From: Macrostomum hystrix
Taxonomy: Eukaryota > Animalia > Platyhelminthes
DNA: 64,000 nt
Assembly: GCA_950097015.1 (NCBI GenBank)
Contig: CATNEN010000030.1
Coordinates: forward strand, 3,038,001-3,102,000
Direction: 5' to 3'
The notes beneath the pieces were generated by a model, which saw only the letters and a program-made list of their open reading frames with translations, was not told the origin of the DNA and made no database searches. This document shows, piece by piece, positions 22,178 through 35,026 of this stretch (position 1 is its first letter; each line of letters opens with the position of its first letter). The translations under genes were made by a program, and so were the position numbers.

Positions 22178-23594
22178 TTGAATCTTCTTGAAGTTATTGT
22201 AGAAAATATGGAAAATTATATTTCTAGAGTCGCAGTTTACTGTTTGTGCCAGAGAGTTTTAATCAAGGACTTCTGTATGTGCAATCCTATAGATCTATAG
22301 ATGCTATTTATAGATGTCCTTGATTTCGATTATCCGATCCGGCTCTATCCGATGAAATAACTTCCAGAGTCACAAAACATCGGCATCGTCGAGATGTTCA
22401 ACGGTTTTTGTCGGGGTGTCGGGTGGCAAAAACCACCAAAATAGGCAAATAGTCTTTCTACTGTTAATGTTCGTTGATTAGGTTAAGCCATAGACGAAAA
22501 ATCAACAAAAACCTTTGGAGTAAAACGGATTTTCACTGCGATTGGTTGAATACTTTTGGAAATAAAGAATATTTTCCTGGAAATGCTCACTAGCTATCCC
22601 TTTGTAATAAGCAGACAATAAAAAAATTATTGCCGAAGGTTTTATTGCATTTCTACTTGTTGTTCGTGTAATTTTCGCTCTTTGCTTACCTAAACTTCAG
22701 CCTACACTGTTACTTACACAATGCGAGCTACTGTTTTTTAATGAACTCATGCGAACTATAAATTCTACCTCTAAATCTCTAAAAAAGAGGCCGTTAGTTT
22801 TTTGCTTCTCTATGAATTTATTTTCATGGATAGAGGAATTCATTCATGGATAGAGGAGTTGGACTAATAGGAGAAAAAGCACGAGTAATGCGTCTACTAG
22901 TAGCCTTAATTGCTTGTCGATATTTTTTCAAATGAGCGGTTTGCTCACACCTGTATTGCTAATGATGCCAGTTAGTAATACACTGATTCGCTTCACTGAA
23001 AATTGTCTGTCCGCCTTTCTAAGAATACGACTGTCTGATTGGCCGGGGGGGCAGAAAAGTGTTGTTGCTATTTTTAGACAAGCTTTCCGATCACGTGACT
23101 GAACTCGGCCAATAAGATTTCGAATGTAGAATTCCATAAAAGTGACAAACATCCTGACTAGCCTATCAGTTTGTGTTCTACTTGTGCTTTTAAAGATTGG
23201 ATTGAGTTTAACTTTCATCCTGCTGATTCAGGCAACCAAACATGAACACTTACTAAACAATAATAAACAATAAACGAGCTAGTACGTTGAAGATTACATT
23301 TCAAATACATTTTATTCAAGCACATGTAGACAATATCAAGGCGTAAATCTTTTTTTGTGAACCAGAAACCTTTGAGCCAGGAACCAGAACCCGGCCCTGA
23401 ATCGTTACACAATATGTGCATGTATGCAGGTAGGAAATAACATAGTCTTATGTAGGGTTTGATGCTCCACAACCAATATTGATAGCAAAGCATTATAGGT
23501 ATGATATTGCGGGAAATTAAACAGAGGTTTGAAGCCGTTGCATCGCATAATAATTTTTTTATCTACTGAGACTGTCACTGCTCCGAGCGCGGCC

Positions 23595-25780
23595 TCACCA
23601 GTTGAGAACTGGCGGCAGGAATTTGTCAATCAGAGCCGAGTAGTAAGGCAGCAGGGCCTCGACATCGGGCGCCACCTCGGACTTGGAGTACAGATCGAAC
23701 TGGTTGAAGGCCAGGACCCAGCGCAGCTTCTCGTCGTCAACAGTCGGGTTGTGGAATTCTCGATAGTCGCCACCGGTGTGCCAGGGATAAAACGAGTGAT
23801 AGCGGATGATGCTCAGTGCTGCCTCAGGCAGGCTGTGCCCATTGTGCTGCAGTACTCGGTACAGGTATTCGTCATGACCCCAGCTCATTGTGAGGGAGTC
23901 GAGGCCGCACTGAGGACTGTATATGCCGAGCTGGCTGCCGTAGACTGGGTGCTTCACATCCGGGTTGTCGGAGAAGTCTGACGGGCCGAATACGATGGAG
24001 GTGCGAGGCGCGCAGCCAACTGGGAAGGTGTCGCCCACCGTGGCCCACTGGCGTTGAAGGGGGTCGGGATGCGGATGATGGCTTTGAGGATAAGACCTAC
24101 TGACTTTAGGGATAACTCCTACTGGCCTTGGGGATAACAACTACTGGATTTGAGGATAACTCCTACTGGATTTGGGGATAAATCCTACTGGATTTGGGGA
24201 TAAGACCTACTGACTTTAGGGATAACTCCTACTGGCCTTGGGGATAAGACCTACTGGCTTTGGGGATAACAACTACAGACTTTGGATGGCTATAACGTCA
24301 CTACACCGCATAATTATTTATGACGCAGTGACGGTGTAGTGACCCTATCGCATAAAGCGATCTCTCACCATCTCCTCTCCGTATAGCCGCATGATTTTGC
24401 CCGTGTCGTGAATGAGTCCGGTGAGGATCAGCCACTCTTTGTCCGGATGCCTCTCCCTGATGCGCTCGGCTGTCTGGAAGGCGTGCATGCTGTTGGGCAT
24501 GTCCAGGTCCGGGTCAGACTCGTCAACCAGCGCGTCCAGAGCCTTGATCACTTGCAGCATTGACAGCTGGGCATGGTTGAACATGCTCCAGTAGGCCAAC
24601 TGAGTGCAAGTTTTGGGGAGCAAGGAGCTGGTTGGCAGCTATGGTTCGCGGGATTCAGGTTGCGCTTTCCTTTAAGCTGTCGGTACAGGTTTCGGATGGG
24701 GTTTCAGGTGGGGTTTCGGGTTGGGTTTCGGGTTGGGTTTCGGGTGAGGTTTCGGATGGGGTTTCAGGTGGGGTTTCGTGTTGAGTTTCGGGTGGGGTTT
24801 CGGGTTTGTTTTCCGATGGGGTTTCGGCTGGTGTTTCTGATGGGGTTTCCATTGGGGTTTCGGGTTGGGTTTCGGGTTGGGTTTCGGGTGAGGTTTCGGA
24901 TGGGGTTTCGGGTTGGGTTTCAGGTGGGGTTTCGGGTGGGGTTTCTGATGGGGTTTCGGGTGGGGTTTCTGATCGGGTTTCTGATGGGGTTTTCGATGGG
25001 GTTTCGGGTGGGGTTTCGAGTGCGTTTTTGATTGTTAATTAAGGTGGGGATAAAGGTGAGTTTTCAGGTCGGGTTTTTAATGGTGTTTCTGATGGTGTTT
25101 CTGATGGTGTTTCTGATGGGGTTTCTGATGGGGTTTCTGATGGGGTTTCGGGTTGGGTTTCAGGTGGGTTTTCCGATGGGGTTTCGGGTGGGGTTTCGGG
25201 TGGAGCTCCGGGTGACTTTTGGGGAAGTGTTTCGGGTGGGGTTTCGGGTGGGGTTTCGGGTGGGGTTTCTGTTGGTTTTTCGGGTGAGGTTTCGGGTTGG
25301 GTTTCAGGTGGGGTTTCGGGTGGGGTTTCGGGTGGGGTTTCGGGTTGGGTTTCAGGTCGGGTTTCGGGTGGGGTTTCGGGTGGAGCTCTTGGTGACTTTT
25401 CGGGAAGTGTTTCGAGTGGGGTTTCAGGTGAGGTTTCGGGTTAGGTTTCGGGTTGGGTTTCAGGCCGGGTTTCGGGTGGGGTTTCGGATTGGGTTTTCGG
25501 ATAGGTTTCGAATTGAATTTGGATAGTGTTAGTGATTATGGTTTTCAGAACGCCAGTCAGCCTTTAAATTTGAAAGCCTCACCCTGTCCTGCACAAACTG
25601 CACCGTCTGTCTGGTGTGCATGGCCTTGTAGGTTCGCTCAACCCGGTCCTGAAGCGGTGAGTTGACATAGTTGCGAAACAGCTTCTGGCTCCGGTGCTCC
25701 GGCCGGAACTCGGACGGGTCAATCAGCACTACGGGCGTCTGCGGCACTTCCGGCGGGATTTCGATGTCGATTCCGGCCAT
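23595..25780 (-). CDS. MIOX: Myo-inositol oxygenase, 293 aa; exons 25780-25583, 24599-24369, 24047-23595
   Basis: FRNY...RVERTYKAMHTRQT, LVDESDPDLDMPNSMHAFQTAERIR, GLIHDTGK, WATVGDTFPVGC, SWGHDEY, IRYHSFYPWH, FDLYSK; 198+231+453=882 nt, phase-0 GT-AG introns. Confidence 0.95.
24083..24285. repeat. ~23-bp degenerate repeat (GGGGATAACTCCTACTGGATTT-like) in MIOX intron 2
   Basis: Directly visible. Confidence 0.85.
24690..25505. repeat. Degenerate 12-bp repeat (GGGGTTTCGGGT) in MIOX intron 1
   Basis: Directly visible. Confidence 0.9.
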
Positions 25781-26334
25781 TTTTCTAGAAGGCGCGGGAT
25801 TAAATAATCGAACGCTGTTTAGTGCACTGCTCAGATATTGTCGTTCGACGCTTTTTATACGCAAGCGGCGTGAGAACAGGCAACAGAGACGCCAACGCTG
25901 CAAGTCGGAAAAACTGTTGTTTTTGAATGGAACCGGATTAAACCAGTTCTGACTAGCATGTCAGGCAGCTAACTTTAGCTAGCAATTGTTTCAGTGGGCG
26001 AAGAGGCGATAAGATAAGGCACCTGTTTACACTAACCATTGTTAAGCAAGTATTCGAAATTTTGCCATGTGCCGCCTAAAACTACTGATTTGCCTGTCCG
26101 CCCCTCCACCTCTCTCTCTGCCACTGGAACCGGAACAAGCCGACAAAGGTGGGAACCCGTTCCGTACGCGCCAATAGAGTTTAAATGAAGGGTGTGCGTT
26201 TGTTTCTGTTGTTTGTTGAATTACTGCTGTTTTCTAGTAGTTTAGATACTAGTTTAGATTAGCTTAGAGTAGTTTAACTTAATAACTTAATCACTTAATA
26301 ACAATGTAGCTATAGTTAAACGTACTAGGGCGCT

Positions 26335-29300
26335 TTTCGATTCTTAAGGCTGGGTTGATTCTTAAGGCTGGGTCGATTCTTAAGGCTGGGCCGATTCTTA
26401 AGGCTGGGTCGATTCTTAAGGCTGGGTCGATTCTTAAGGCTGGGTTGATTCTTAAGGCTGGGTCGATTCTTGCTTAAGGCTGGGTCGATTCTTAAGGCTG
26501 GGTTGATTCTTAAGGCTGGGTCGATTCTTAAGGCTGGGCCGATTCTTAAGGCTGGGTCGATTCTTAAGGCTGGGTCGATTCTTAAGGCTGGGTTGATTCT
26601 TAAGGCTGGGTCGATTCTTGCTTAAGGCTGGGTCGATTCTTAAGGCTGGGTTGATTCTTAAGGCTGGGTTGATTCTTAAGGCTGAGTCGATTCTTAAGGC
26701 TGGGTCGATTCTTGCTTAAGGCTGGGTCGATTCTTAAGGCTGGGTCGATTCTTAAGGCTGGGTCGATTCTTAAGGCTGGGTCGATTCTTAAGGCTGGGTT
26801 GATTCTTAAGGCTGGGTTGATTCTTAAGGCTGGGTCGATTCTTAAGGCTGGGTCGATTCTTAAGGCTGGGTCGATTCTTAAGGCTGGGTCGATTCTTAAG
26901 GCTGGGTCGATTCTTAAGGCTGGGTCGATTCTTAAGGCTGGGTCGATTCTTAAGGCTGGGTCGATTCTTAAGGCTGGGTCGATTCTTAAGGCTGGGTCGA
27001 TTCTTAAGGCTGGGTCGATTCTTAAGGCTGGGTCGATTCTTAAGGCTGGGTCGAATCCTAAGGCTGGGTCGAATCCTAAGGCTGGGTCGATTCTTAAGGC
27101 TGAGTCGATTCTTAAGGCTGGGTCGATTCTTAAGGCTGGGTTGATTCTTAAGGCTGGGTCGATTCTTAAGGCTGGGTCGATTCTTAAGGCTGGGTTGATT
27201 CTTAAGGCTGGGTCGATTCTTAAGGCTGGGTCGATTCTTAAGGCTGGGTCGATTCTTAAGGCTGGGTCGATTCTTAAGGCTGGGTCGATGCTTAAGGCTG
27301 GGTCGATTCTTAAGGCTGGGTCGATTCTTAAGGCTGGGTTGATTCTTAAGGCTGGGTCGATTCTTAAGGCTGGGTCGATTCTTAAGGCTGGGTCGATTCT
27401 TAAGGCTGGGTTGATTCTTAAGGCTGGGTCGATTCTTAAGGCTGGGTCGATTCTTAAGGCTGGGTCGATGCTTAAGGCTGGGTCGATTCTTAAGGCTGGG
27501 TTGATTCTTAAGGCTGGGTTGATTCTTAAGGCTGGGTCGATTCTTAAGGCTGGGTCGATTCTTAAGGCTGGGTCGATTCTTAAGGCTGGGTCGATTCTTA
27601 AGGCTGGGTCGATTCTTAAGGCTGGGTCGATTCTTAAGGCTGGGTCGATTCTTAAGGCTGGGTTGATTCTTAAGGCTGGGTCGATTCTTAAGGCTGGGTC
27701 GATTCTTAAGGCTGGGTCGATTCTTAAGGCTGGGTCGATTCTTAAGGCTGGGTCGATTCTTAAGGCTGGGTCGATTCTTAAGGCTGGGTCGATGCTTAAG
27801 GCTGGGTCGATTCTTAAGGCTGGGTCGATTCTTAAGGCTGGGTCGATTCTTAAGGCTGGGTTGATTCTTAAGGCTGGGTCGATTCTTAAGGCTGGGTCGA
27901 TTCTTAAGGCTGGGTCGATGCTTAAGGCTGGGTCGATTCTTAAGGCTGGGTTGATTCTTAAGGCTGGGTTGATTCTTAAGGCTGGGTCGATGCTTAAGGC
28001 TGGGTCGATTCTTAAGGCTGGGTCGATGCTTAAGGCTGGGTCGATTCTTAAGGCTGGGTCGATTCTTAAGGCTGGGTCGATTCTTAAGGCTGGGTCGATT
28101 CTTAAGGCTGGGTCGATTCTTAAGGCTGGGTCGATTCTTAAGGCTGGGTCGAATCCTAAGGCTGGGTCGATTCTTAAGGCTGAGTCGATTCTTAAGGCTG
28201 GGTCGATTCTTAAGGCTGGGTTGATTCTTAAGGCTGGGTCGATTCTTAAGGCTGGGTCGATTCTTAAGGCTGGGTTGATTCTTAAGGCTGGGTCGATTCT
28301 TAAGGCTGGGTCGATTCTTAAGGCTGGGTCGATTCTTAAGGCTGGGTCGATTCTTAAGGCTGGGTCGATGCTTAAGGCTGGGTCGATTCTTAAGGCTGGG
28401 TCGATTCTTAAGGCTGGGTTGATTCTTAAGGCTGGGTCGATTCTTAAGGCTGGGTCGATTCTTAAGGCTGGGTCGATGCTTAAGGCTGGGTCGATTCTTA
28501 AGGCTGGGTCGATTCTTAAGGCTGGGTCGATTCTTAAGGCTGGGTCGATTCTTAAGGCTGGGTCGATTCTTAAGGCTGGGTCGATTCTTAAGGCTGGGTC
28601 GATTCTTAAGGCTGGGTCGATTCTTAAGGCTGGGTCGATTCTAAGGCTGGGTCGATTCTTAAGGCTGGGTCGATTCTTAAGGCTGGGTCGATTCTTAAGG
28701 CTGGGTCGATTCTTAAGGCTGGGTCGATTCTTAAGGCTGGGTCGATTCTTAAGGCTGGGTCGATTCTTAAGGCTGGGTCGATTCTTAAGGCTGGGTCGAA
28801 TTCCTAAGGCTGGGTCGATTCTTAAGGCTGAGTCGATTCTTAAGGCTGGGTCGATTCTTAAGGCTGGGTTGATTCTTAAGGCTGGGTCGATGCTTAAGGC
28901 TGGGTCGATTCTTAAGGCTGGGTCGATTCTTAAGGCTGGGTCGATTCTTAAGGCTGGGTCGATTCTTAAGGCTGGGTTGATTCTTAAGGCTGGGTCGATT
29001 CTTAAGGCTGGGTCGATTCTTAAGGCTGGGTCGATTCTTAAGGCTGGGTCAATGCTTAAGGCTGGGTCGATTCTTAAGGCTGGGTCGATTCTTAAGGCTG
29101 GGTCGATTCTTAAGGCTGGGTCGATTCTTAAGGCTGGGTCGATTCTTAAGGCTGGGTTGATTCTTAAGGCTGGGTCGATTCTTAAGGCTGGGTCGATTCT
29201 TAAGGCTGGGTTGATTCTTAAGGCTGGGTCGATGCTTAAGGCTGGGTCGATTCTTAAGGCTGGGTCGATTCTTAAGGCTGGGTCGATTCTTAAGGCTGGG

Positions 29301-30835
29301 TTGATTCTTAAGGCTGGGTCGATTCTTAAGGCTGGGTCGATTCTTAAGGCTGGGTCGATTCTTAAGGCTGGGTCGATTCTTAAGGCTGGGTCGATTCTTA
29401 AGGCTGGGTCGATTCTTAAGGCTGGGTCGATGCTTAAGGCTGGGTCGATTCTTAAGGCTGGGTTGATTCTTAAGGCTGGGTTGATTCTTAAGGCTGGGTC
29501 GATGCTTAAGGCTGGGTTGATTCTTAAGGCTGGGTCGATGCTTAAGGCTGGGTCGATTCTTAAGGCTGGGTCGATTCTTAAGGCTGGGTTGATTCTTAAG
29601 GCTGGGTCGATGCTTAAGGCTGGGTCGATTCTTAAGGCTGGGTCGATTCTTAAGGCTGGGTCGATTCTTAAGGCTGGGTCGATGCTTAAGGCTGGGTCGA
29701 TTCTTAAGGCTGGGTCGATGCTTAAGGCTGGGTCGATTCTTAAGGCTGGGTCGATTCTTAAGGCTGGGTCGATTCTTAAGGCTGGGTCGATTCTTAAGGC
29801 TGGGTCGATTCTTAAGGCTGGGTCGATTCTTAAGGCTGGGTCGATTCTTAAGGCTGGGCCGATTCTTAAGGCTGGGTCGATTCTTAAGGCTGGGTCGATT
29901 CTTAAGGCTGGGTCGATTCTTAAGGCTGGGTTGATTCTTAAGGCTGGGTCGATTCTTAAGGCTGGGTCGATTCTTAAGGCTGGGTCGATTCTTAAGGCTG
30001 GGTCGATTCTTAAGGCTGGGTCGATTCTTAAGGCTGGGTCGATTCTTAAGGCTGGGTCGATTCTTAAGGCTGGGTCGATTCTTAAGGCTGGGTCGATGCT
30101 TAAGGCTGGGTCGATTCTTAAGGCTGGGTCGATTCTTAAGGCTGGGTCGATTCTTAAGGCTGGGTCGATTCTTAAGGCTGGGTCGATTCTTAAGGCTGGG
30201 TTGATTCTTAAGGCTGGGTCGATTCTTAAGGCTGGGTCGATTCTTAAGGCTGGGTTGATTCTTAAGGCTGGGTCGATGCTTAAGGCTGGGTCGATTCTTA
30301 AGGCTGGGTCGATTCTTAAGGCTGGGTCGATTCTTAAGGCTGGGTTGATTCTTAAGGCTGGGTCGATTCTTAAGGCTGGGTCGATTCTTAAGGCTGGGTC
30401 GATTCTTAAGGCTGGGTCGATTCTTAAGGCTGGGTCGATTCTTAAGGCTGGGTCGATTCTTAAGGCTGGGTCGATTCTTAAGGCTGGGTCGATGCTTAAG
30501 GCTGGGTCGATTCTTAAGGCTGGGTTGATTCTTAAGGCTGGGTCGATGCTTAAGGCTGGGTCGATTCTTAAGGCTGGGTCGATTCTTAAGGCTGGGTCGA
30601 TTCTTAAGGCTGGGTCGATTCTTAAGGCTGGGTCGATTCTTAAGGCTGGGTCGATTCTTAAGGCTGGGTCGATTCTTAAGGCTGGGTCGATTCTTAAGGC
30701 TGGGTCGATTCTTAAGGCTGGGTCGATTCTTAAGGCTGGGTCGATTCTTAAGGCTGGGTTGATTCTTAAGGCTGGGTCGATTCTTAAGGCTGGGTCGATT
30801 CTTAAGGCTGGGTCGATTCTTAAGGCTGGGTCAAT
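26335..30835. repeat. 18-bp satellite (GATTCTTAAGGCTGGGTC), ~250 copies
   Basis: Highly homogeneous; source of the 1497-aa and 1376-aa artefact ORFs. Confidence 0.97.
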
Positions 30836-30849
30836 TATATGAAATGGGA

Positions 30850-31090
30850 CGATTCTATGGACTGGGTCGATTCTCTGTTCTGGACCGATTCTGTGTACTG
30901 GGCCGATTCTGTGGACTGGGCCGATTCTGTGGACTGAGCCGATTCTGTGGACTGAGCCGATTCTGTGGACTGAGCCGATTCTGTGGACTGGGCCGATTCT
31001 GTGGACTGGGCTGATTCTGTGGACTGGGCCGATTCTGTGGACTGAGCGGATTCTCTGTTCTGGGCCGATTCTCTGAACTGGGTCGATTCT
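30850..31090. repeat. Diverged 18-bp array (GATTCTGTGGACTGGGCC) abutting the main satellite
   Basis: Same period; shares GATTCT and CTGGG with the main unit. Confidence 0.88.
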
Positions 31091-31898
31091 CAATCACTCA
31101 ATCACTCGATTCTCAATCAATCTCAATCATCGAGCGCAATCACTTGGATTTGATCAAAGCGGCGATCAAATGTCATCGGGGTTCTGGGTACATCGGGGCC
31201 TGGATGTTTTTCTGACCAATCATAGTTATAGGTTTTAGCATGAATTCGCGAAGCGATGGTAATTTTCATTGGTTGAAATCGTGAAGGTGCAAATGGATTT
31301 AACCGAATAGTTTTCTAGTGCGTCATTTGCCAACGTAAGCAAATTTAGTAGACACATTTAGCTATCAACTGATCATCTGATTGGCTGAGACCCATTTCTG
31401 TCCTATAGCTTATCAAGTGCAAGTCATCTGCAGAGAGGTACACTGTACACGCTGTGCACTGAAGCGCAAGAGAGAGAGGCAAATCTAGCTGCAAAGGGAC
31501 CGCATTGGCGGGAAGGACATTGTAAGGCAGCAGCTGGCATGCAGGTCTCTGTGGGACCTGCTGCTGCCGCTGCTGCTGCTGCTGCGTGCAATTCCAAATC
31601 TATTTGTCTGTTTCCTATTCGCGCGCTCTTGACAGAGGGAGAGACGCACAAGGCGGGTGAGGATTCAATTAAATGCGCCTAGACTAGCCTAATGTGGGCC
31701 AGACAGACAGTCTGCGGCTGTCTGTACTATCTCTCTATCTCTCTCTCTGCCTTTCTGTCTCTTCGTCACAACCTTCTCAAGCCCCACCTGCTGCCTGCCA
31801 CTTTGAATTTCGAATTAATTTACAACCCAGTCTTTAGAGTGCGAACTCAGAATTCTTCAAAGCCAACGTGCCAAAAGTGTCAAGCTGTTGCTAAGAAC

Positions 31899-32819
31899 AT
31901 GGAGCCAGTCCTGGATGCCGATGGTAAGCCAGTCAGCGGAATCATCTACACGCCAGATGCTGACGGTGTCACAATAAAGAATCGTCTGTGGCGCGGTTAC
32001 TATGTGTCCGACTTTCCCCAGGCAGAGACCCGAATGGAGCGACTGTGCGGCGAGTTCAGCCCCAGGCAGGACGACGTGTTCATCTACGCCTATCTGAAAT
32101 GTGGCACTCACTGGCTGCACGAGATCTGCCATTTCCTGCTGAGCGGCCAGGCCCAGATCCGGCCCCAGCCCAAGGAGCTCGCCATGCTGGAGGCCGCTGA
32201 CATCGAGGACCTCGAGAAGATACCATCGCCGAGGGTGCTCAACTGCCACATGAGGTGTTCCATCCTGCCCAAGAAGCTGGTCGCAGGTAACAAGGTGATC
32301 TACGTTGTGCGCAACCCCAAGGACACCGCCGTGTCACTCTACCATCACATTGCCGGCATGGATGACTACGAGTACAAAGGCACGTTCCAGGGCTTCTTGG
32401 GACTGTACGAGAGCGGCACGCTTGATGCTGGCTCCTGGTTCATGCACACCCGCGACTTCCTTACCGCCATGACTGCGGAGGGGGCCGACAACATCCTGAT
32501 GGTGGAGTTCGAGCGACTCAAACTCGAACCAGAGGGCCAGATAAGACGCATCGCCAAATTTCTACTCGGACGCGACATCGCTGACGATTTCCTATCCGCC
32601 ATCTGCGAGAAGGTGTCCTTCAAGAGCATGCAGCAGGCACGCAGCGGCGACTTCAAAGAGTTCTTCAACGACAAGGCCAGTCAGCACGGCTTCTACCGCA
32701 AGGGCGAAGTCGGCGACTGGAGGAACTGGTTCGACGAGGCGTCGAGTTCCCGGGTGGACCGGCTGTGCGCCGACGCCCTGGCTGGCTTTGAGCACCTGTA
32801 CCAGCCCATCTACGGCTGA
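31899..32819 (+). CDS. Cytosolic sulfotransferase (Sulfotransfer_1 family), 306 aa, single coding exon, starting MEPVLDADGK
   Basis: DDVFIYAYLKCGTHW (PSB loop), SPRVLNCH, YVVRNPKDTAVSLYH and FYRKGEVGDWRNWF. The longer ORF-track start at 31692 is a low-complexity extension. Confidence 0.92.
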   Translation: MEPVLDADGKPVSGIIYTPDADGVTIKNRLWRGYYVSDFPQAETRMERLCGEFSPRQDDVFIYAYLKCGTHWLHEICHFLLSGQAQIRPQPKELAMLEAADIEDLEKIPSPRVLNCHMRCSILPKKLVAGNKVIYVVRNPKDTAVSLYHHIAGMDDYEYKGTFQGFLGLYESGTLDAGSWFMHTRDFLTAMTAEGADNILMVEFERLKLEPEGQIRRIAKFLLGRDIADDFLSAICEKVSFKSMQQARSGDFKEFFNDKASQHGFYRKGEVGDWRNWFDEASSSRVDRLCADALAGFEHLYQPIYG

Positions 32820-33827
32820 GGGGCCGGTGTTTGCGCTGATGGACGGCTATCATTTAAAGCTTTCTTGAGCTGGGAAAATTAATTCGGACACGGGAACAAG
32901 TTGAGGCTTCCACCAATTCAGTTAGCTCATCTCTGAGCTATATTTCTTCCAAATCATTTCCGCAATACTAATTTAGCTTTACTTCTATTTACGCTTCTGG
33001 TAAAAAATTTTATCTATTGGCTTGCGCTTTGCCGAGAAATATACTGATAAACTTTGCTTTAACTATTCTTTTAAAATTAGTTATTATATACAATTAGACT
33101 AATTTATTTACTCAAACTAGGCATGAATGAGGCGGGAGTGCTTCTTTTTGTAATTAAATTTTCGCTACTCGAGCAGCTTGCGAAGTCCAAGAGCGTGCGA
33201 ATATCAAAGTAGGATAAGCGCCGAATCCTTTGCTGAGACAGCGCTCAGTGGGAGGGCTAAACTGTCTCACAGTTCAGACCTGTATCGTCTGCTCAGCAGG
33301 GTGCAGCTGCTTTGACCAGTGCCGTCCTCCTGGTATCTGCAACCCCCGGAACATCAAGAACTACATAATGTAGGTAAATCACATTTTAAACTTCGTGGGC
33401 CGGCCGTTACCAGTTGACGCTGTTAAAATTAAAATTAAACTGTAGTTCAGAATTGGAATGCTTTTCTAGTAAGCCAAATAGCTCTCTAGTGATTCCACTC
33501 TGACGAACTATGAGCTGCAATGTTTTTTGATTAGGCCAAATTTCAACAGTGAGCGATGAGTCGGCAGCAGATAAGACAATCAATTCGTGGTCAAGCACTG
33601 CTCACAATCTGTCTGCCTGCCAATTTATCTTTGTCAAATAATTAACAATTAACATGCTACTTTTGCAGTGCCCACTCCATTCCGATTGGCAGGCCAACGC
33701 CTGGTGGCTGGTGGGGTCGAAATTGAGCATAGAAAATAATTTGAGTTGATAAAATAGGAGCGAACGGACTGAAGCTTAAGTTAATGTCGATGTTAAACAT
33801 GCCGAGTGTTTGAATGTCAACAGACAG

Positions 33828-34604
33828 TTATTTAACCGACTGCACGTTGCTGCGGCAGACCTCGTCCCAGTCTGGCCACACGGCGGACTTCACTCTGTCG
33901 GCGTACTCGCTCAGATTCCTTGCCTTCTCCATGATGAAGCTCTTGTGCGGATAGTCGATAGGCAGGTACAGGATCTGAGCCAGGTGAGAGAACGCGCACG
34001 CATCGACTGAGGTGAGCTGGTCTCCGAGCAGGAACTTCTTGTTGCCAAGCAGCACGGACAGAGCCAGGAGGTCGTCGCAGCCGATCTGGTAGATCTCGGA
34101 GGGAGAGTTCCGGCCCAGACCGTGCGCGGCCATCCTGCGCTTCACCAGGGTGGGCATCAGTGTGGCAAACAGCTTTGCCTGCCATGGCGGAAGAAACTCC
34201 ATCAAGCTGATGGTTTCTCTGAACCGTTCTACGTAGCGATAGTAAGCGTAGGAGTACACGGTCCTGTTGTCCAGCACCACGGAGATCACTCTGCTCAGAG
34301 CTCGCTGCTCGGCACTCAGACTGTCCGCCTTGTCGAACTCCTTCGTGAGGAACTGTATCACCAGACTCGACTCGTTGTACTCCTTGCCGTTGTACTCAAT
34401 GAACGGGATCTGGCCCTTAGAACTGTTGTTGCCAGCCGCTCTGATTGTCTTGTGCGGAATCCGCTTGATCCTCAGCCAGGTCTCGAGTTTCAGACCGAAC
34501 GGGGACGGCGAGACGCAGGTCCTAAGGCTGGGGAAGTTGAAAGCGTACACCATCCCCTGCTCATAGTTCTGTACTCGCAGTGTGCTGGAACCGCTGCCTC
34601 CCAT
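33828..34604 (-). CDS. Failed axon connections (fax/FAXC)-like protein, metaxin/GST fold, 258 aa, copy 1
   Basis: SPSPFGLKLETWLR, SSKGQIPFIEYNG...ESSLVIQFL, DLLALSVLLGNKKFLLGD...DACAFSHLAQ, NLSEYADRVKSAVWPDW. Confidence 0.88.
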   Translation of the reverse strand: MGGSGSSTLRVQNYEQGMVYAFNFPSLRTCVSPSPFGLKLETWLRIKRIPHKTIRAAGNNSSKGQIPFIEYNGKEYNESSLVIQFLTKEFDKADSLSAEQRALSRVISVVLDNRTVYSYAYYRYVERFRETISLMEFLPPWQAKLFATLMPTLVKRRMAAHGLGRNSPSEIYQIGCDDLLALSVLLGNKKFLLGDQLTSVDACAFSHLAQILYLPIDYPHKSFIMEKARNLSEYADRVKSAVWPDWDEVCRSNVQSVK

Positions 34605-35026
34605 GCCGAACTGTAAAGCGTCAACCGCAAGTGTGTTTTACTGCTTTCCGTCCTTTCGTACTTGGCAGTCGAAGTCCCGCTTCTTTATCTGAGCCAGCGA
34701 AACTCGTTTTATTCTCGCCTTAATGAGATACCAGACGTCACTCAGGTGGAAAACAGACCTCGCTTCACTGGCTCAAATGAGCTCCAGGCATTTGTAAAAC
34801 TGTCAATGGCCACCCAAACATAGCCCCTTTAGTGGGACTCACGTGACGTGAAAGTTGGGCAAGGCGGCGGTGGATTGTACAGTGACGCGAGTACATGGCT
34901 GGCATGCGAGCGGCAGAGATAACTCAGAGAGGACTGGGGTTGTTTGTACAGACTGACTGAATGTGCTAGAAATGCTTTGTGACAGAAATGGATGCACCTG
35001 AATCTGAATCTGAATTAATAAACTTA

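Noticed and set aside
24297-24343. 12-bp inverted repeat GTCACTACACCG / CGGTGTAGTGAC in MIOX intron 2
   Set aside because: Real hairpin, but no TSD, no second copy and no recognisable RNA motif; insufficient for a call.
26600-31093. 1497-aa and 1376-aa ORFs (RIDPAL / LKAGSI repeats)
   Set aside because: Translations of an 18-bp satellite in stop-free frames; no unique domains, and frameshifting unit variants are tolerated.
31692-31898. N-terminal extension of the sulfotransferase ORF
   Set aside because: Low-complexity (CT-rich) sequence with no family similarity; the Met at 31899 fits the family length.
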